Part shown: positions 61,831-64,000 of the stretch, one piece after another
Position numbering within the stretch: position 1 is the first letter of the stretch
Layout: every line of letters starts with the position of its first letter
IMG/VR virus record: IMGVR_UViG_2545824688_000002
Location: 8,428 to 72,427 of that record
Strand: one strand, 5' to 3'
Source of the DNA: a virus
Taxonomy: Duplodnaviria > Caudoviricetes
DNA: 64,000 nt
Translations under genes and position numbers: made by a program
Notes under the pieces: generated by a model
What the model saw: only the letters and a program-made list of their open reading frames with translations
Databases searched by the model: none
What the model was told of the DNA's origin: nothing

Positions 61831-62870
61831 ATAATTTTCCGTTCCTTATTCAGTTTTCCAGTAATCTCGTTCATAGGCGAATATTGCTCATGCTGGTGCT
61901 TGATCGACGCCTTTGATAGATGAGTGTACCGCATGACCATTCGCAAATCGGAGTGCCCGAGGATAAGTTGTAGATGACGGATGTCACCGCCTGCCTCCAG
62001 GAACATTGTCGCTGCCGTGTGTCGGAAAAGGTGCGGATGCACCCGGATTGGGATACCCGCCTGTCTCGCGTAGTCTTTCAAGCGGTGACGAAATTGTCCG
62101 TCACGCAACCGTTCCCCATAGTTCGCGAGAAAGACATAGTCCGACTCAAAGTCGGAATTCTCTTTTATTAACTCTTGAATCAACTTTACAGTCTGTCGCT
62201 TGAGCGGCACCGTGCGTGACTTTCTGTTCTTTGATTCCTCCGCTCGTACCGTAATCATGCCCAAATCAAAGTCAATATCCGTCCGCCTCAAAGACAGTGC
62301 TTCATTAATACGAAGGAATCCATCAAGCAATACGTTCATAACCACATAATCACGGAATCCGCTGTACCTCCGTTGATTTGGCGCGGCCAGGAGTTTTCTC
62401 AACTGCTCGACCGACATAATGTGAATCTCGTTCTCGTTCTCTTCAACGGGCTTTACGCCGTCAAACGGATTTGTGTCGATCAGTTCTTCTTCCGCGAGAT
62501 ACCGGAACATCGTCCGCATTGTTTTCAGCCGCGTATTCACGGAGGAGGCAGTAATCCCCACGGTCTGCTCCGCCTCCGACTTGAACTTGTGCCCGTCAAA
62601 CCGAACCTTCTCGTTCAGATTCCATACGATATACTCGCGGATAAAGTCCGGAGTCACCAGTCGAACGTCCCTCCCGTAACCACGCAAATCCATGTACTCG
62701 ACGAAGAATCCGTAATTTTCCCGGTAACTTTCTAGCGTGCGTTCCTTCCTCCCCTCCGCGACCTTTGCGTGATAGAACCGCTCGAATAGCGCATCTAATG
62801 AATTATCGGACGCGACCGAGAATCTTTCCGTTTTCTGACGCCGTCCCTTACGCTTGTCCAAAGCGCCCAT
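61824..62870 (-). CDS. Tyrosine integrase
   Basis: LRINE, HLFRH, LGHSDLRMVMRY catalytic motifs; next to tRNA. Confidence 0.95.
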   Translation of the reverse strand: MGALDKRKGRRQKTERFSVASDNSLDALFERFYHAKVAEGRKERTLESYRENYGFFVEYMDLRGYGRDVRLVTPDFIREYIVWNLNEKVRFDGHKFKSEAEQTVGITASSVNTRLKTMRTMFRYLAEEELIDTNPFDGVKPVEENENEIHIMSVEQLRKLLAAPNQRRYSGFRDYVVMNVLLDGFLRINEALSLRRTDIDFDLGMITVRAEESKNRKSRTVPLKRQTVKLIQELIKENSDFESDYVFLANYGERLRDGQFRHRLKDYARQAGIPIRVHPHLFRHTAATMFLEAGGDIRHLQLILGHSDLRMVMRYTHLSKASIKHQHEQYSPMNEITGKLNKERKIIR

Positions 62871-62954
62871 AAATCAAAAACGCCCCTTTCCGTTTGTTAC
62901 GGAATAGGAGCGTATGGGTTCACGGCCAGTCCCCGTTTAACCTTACGTGACCAC

Positions 62955-62989
62955 CGACACCTTGCGAAATCTAGGAGCGACACCTTGCG
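62955..62989. repeat. Direct repeats CGACACCTTGCG x2, putative integrase arm sites
   Basis: 62955-62966 and 62978-62989, between integrase and att. Confidence 0.7.
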
Positions 62990-63060
62990 TTACAGTCTCC
63001 GGTACGTCCATCGGTCAGTCAATCGGGTTAAAACGTTGATATAGCGCGGTTTTTACGGTA

Positions 63061-63136
63061 TGGTGATCCGGACTGGGTTCGAACCAGCGACCCCCACCCT
63101 GTCAAGATGGTGCTCTCCCAACTGAGCTACCGGATC
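63061..63136 (-). tRNA. tRNA-Val(GAC); likely attachment site
   Basis: Cloverleaf GATCCGG...TTGACAG...GTTCGAAC...CCGGATCACCA. Confidence 0.95.
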
Positions 63137-63176
63137 ATGGGATATTTGCTATTGTGACTTCACCACATACGTTCAA

Positions 63177-63253
63177 TGGTGGGCCCTGTAGGACTCGAAC
63201 CTACGACCAATCGGTTATGAGCCGACCGCTCTGACCAACTGAGCTAAGGGCCC
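63177..63253 (-). tRNA. tRNA with CAT anticodon, Ile2 (lysidine) type
   Basis: GGGCCCTTAGCTCAGTTGG...CTCATAA...GGGCCCACCA; resembles Bacillus tRNA-Ile(CAU); paired 1:72. Confidence 0.9.
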
Positions 63254-63371
63254 GAATCGTACCGGACGTCGATCACATGTTTTAATATACAGGATTTCTT
63301 TTCCGATTTCAAGAGGAAAAACAAAATTTCTTTTAAAAAATTTTACCACCATCAAAAACCCTGCAAAATCA

Positions 63372-63397
63372 AGGAGCATCCCGATAGGGATGCCCCT
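63372..63397. terminator. Hairpin after the host PgpA-family gene
   Basis: GCATCCC-GATA-GGGATGC stem. Confidence 0.5.
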
Positions 63398-63430
63398 TCA
63401 CTCCACCTATCAACCAGGCACAACTAAAGG

Positions 63431-64000
63431 TCACCCAGCCTCATCCACAGCCTTGCCTTCCACTCGAATCTGCCCCGCAGCCAGCACCTCCGACTGCTCC
63501 TGCTCATCTCTCAACCGATGAGCCATCCGGCTTGAGGCATTCGCCGCCACGCTCGCGACCAAATCATCCAGGAACGTATGCACTTTTCCACCGGATGTCT
63601 TCGTATCCAGCCGCTTGATCACGCCAATCTTATGCTTATCCAAATGTCCAAACGTCGTTACCGCAATGCTCCCGTACCCGAACACCGAACCGAGCGCCAA
63701 GGTTTCGTCGCAGCCAAACAAGCCTTCATCCGAGGCGATAATCGACTGCAGCGGCTCGGACAATAGGCCCTTTTCCGCCAATGTATCCAGCTCAATGCCC
63801 ACGAGGATGGCATGCTGCATTTCCCTTTTCTCCAGAACAGCCTTTACGCTCTCGATGCACGGTTCCATGGTCAGGTCAGGATGATAGGGCGATTGCATCA
63901 AATATACGATCTCCGCGATATCCTCTACGCGCACACCGCGCTCTGCCAAACGATCCAATGCGGCTTTTCTGACTTCGCTGCTGTGTACCTGCTTCTTCAT
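63431..64000 (-). CDS. Host phosphatidylglycerophosphatase A family protein (YpjQ/YutG-like)
   Basis: RGVRVEDIAEIV, VLEKRE, DEGLFGCDE, VHTFLDDLV. Confidence 0.85.
   Translation of the reverse strand: MKKQVHSSEVRKAALDRLAERGVRVEDIAEIVYLMQSPYHPDLTMEPCIESVKAVLEKREMQHAILVGIELDTLAEKGLLSEPLQSIIASDEGLFGCDETLALGSVFGYGSIAVTTFGHLDKHKIGVIKRLDTKTSGGKVHTFLDDLVASVAANASSRMAHRLRDEQEQSEVLAAGQIRVEGKAVDEAG

Larger units (their letters stand above)
1..63060 (-). mobile_element. Temperate prophage with contractile (Xkd-like) tail, integrated at tRNA-Val(GAC); left end outside window
   Basis: Continuous integrase-early-replication-packaging-head-tail-lysis gene order; integrase lies 190 bp from the tRNA 3' end. 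Confidence 0.95.

Noticed and set aside
63177-63253. Initiator or elongator tRNA-Met
   Set aside because: Paired G1-C72 and no GGG/CCC anticodon stem argue against initiator; overall sequence resembles Bacillus Ile2 more than elongator Met.

Overview
Positions 1 to ~63060 are most of a temperate, contractile-tailed prophage (PBSX/Xkd-type tail) in a Bacillales host; a Brevibacillus/Paenibacillaceae-like host is an inference. It is integrated at the 3' end of tRNA-Val(GAC) at 63061. Host tRNA-Ile2(CAT) and a PgpA-family gene follow, and the left prophage end lies outside the window. Almost all genes are on the minus strand. From the right they run: tyrosine integrase, early genes (HTH initiator, ParB-N protein, Ead/Ea22-like), DnaC-like loader, DnaB helicase, primase, a divergent XRE / XRE-TPR regulator pair, a phage sigma factor, SSB, PolA, nucleases, class II RNR, dUTPase, ThyX, HNH, dNMP kinase, a RepL-like protein, packaging, head, tail, lysis, YolD and a conjugation-like module. 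Notable features read from the DNA: (1) five directly repeated 28-bp dif-like sites that cut an AT-rich island (53620-55289) into small gene cassettes; (2) a 19-aa micro-ORF, MKGPFDPPKMGPFDPPQTV, whose internal repeat differs only at synonymous positions, inside a ~570-nt hairpin-rich region; (3) five copies of a promoter-like motif GTGCGCG-N18-GGTAATCT, one directly upstream of the sigma gene; (4) four genes that appear to start at ATC/ATA; (5) an XRE moron with four operators overlapping three sigmaA promoters; (6) a 23-bp motif shared between the att flank and the packaging region. Functional calls come from recognising motifs by eye; no database searches were run.
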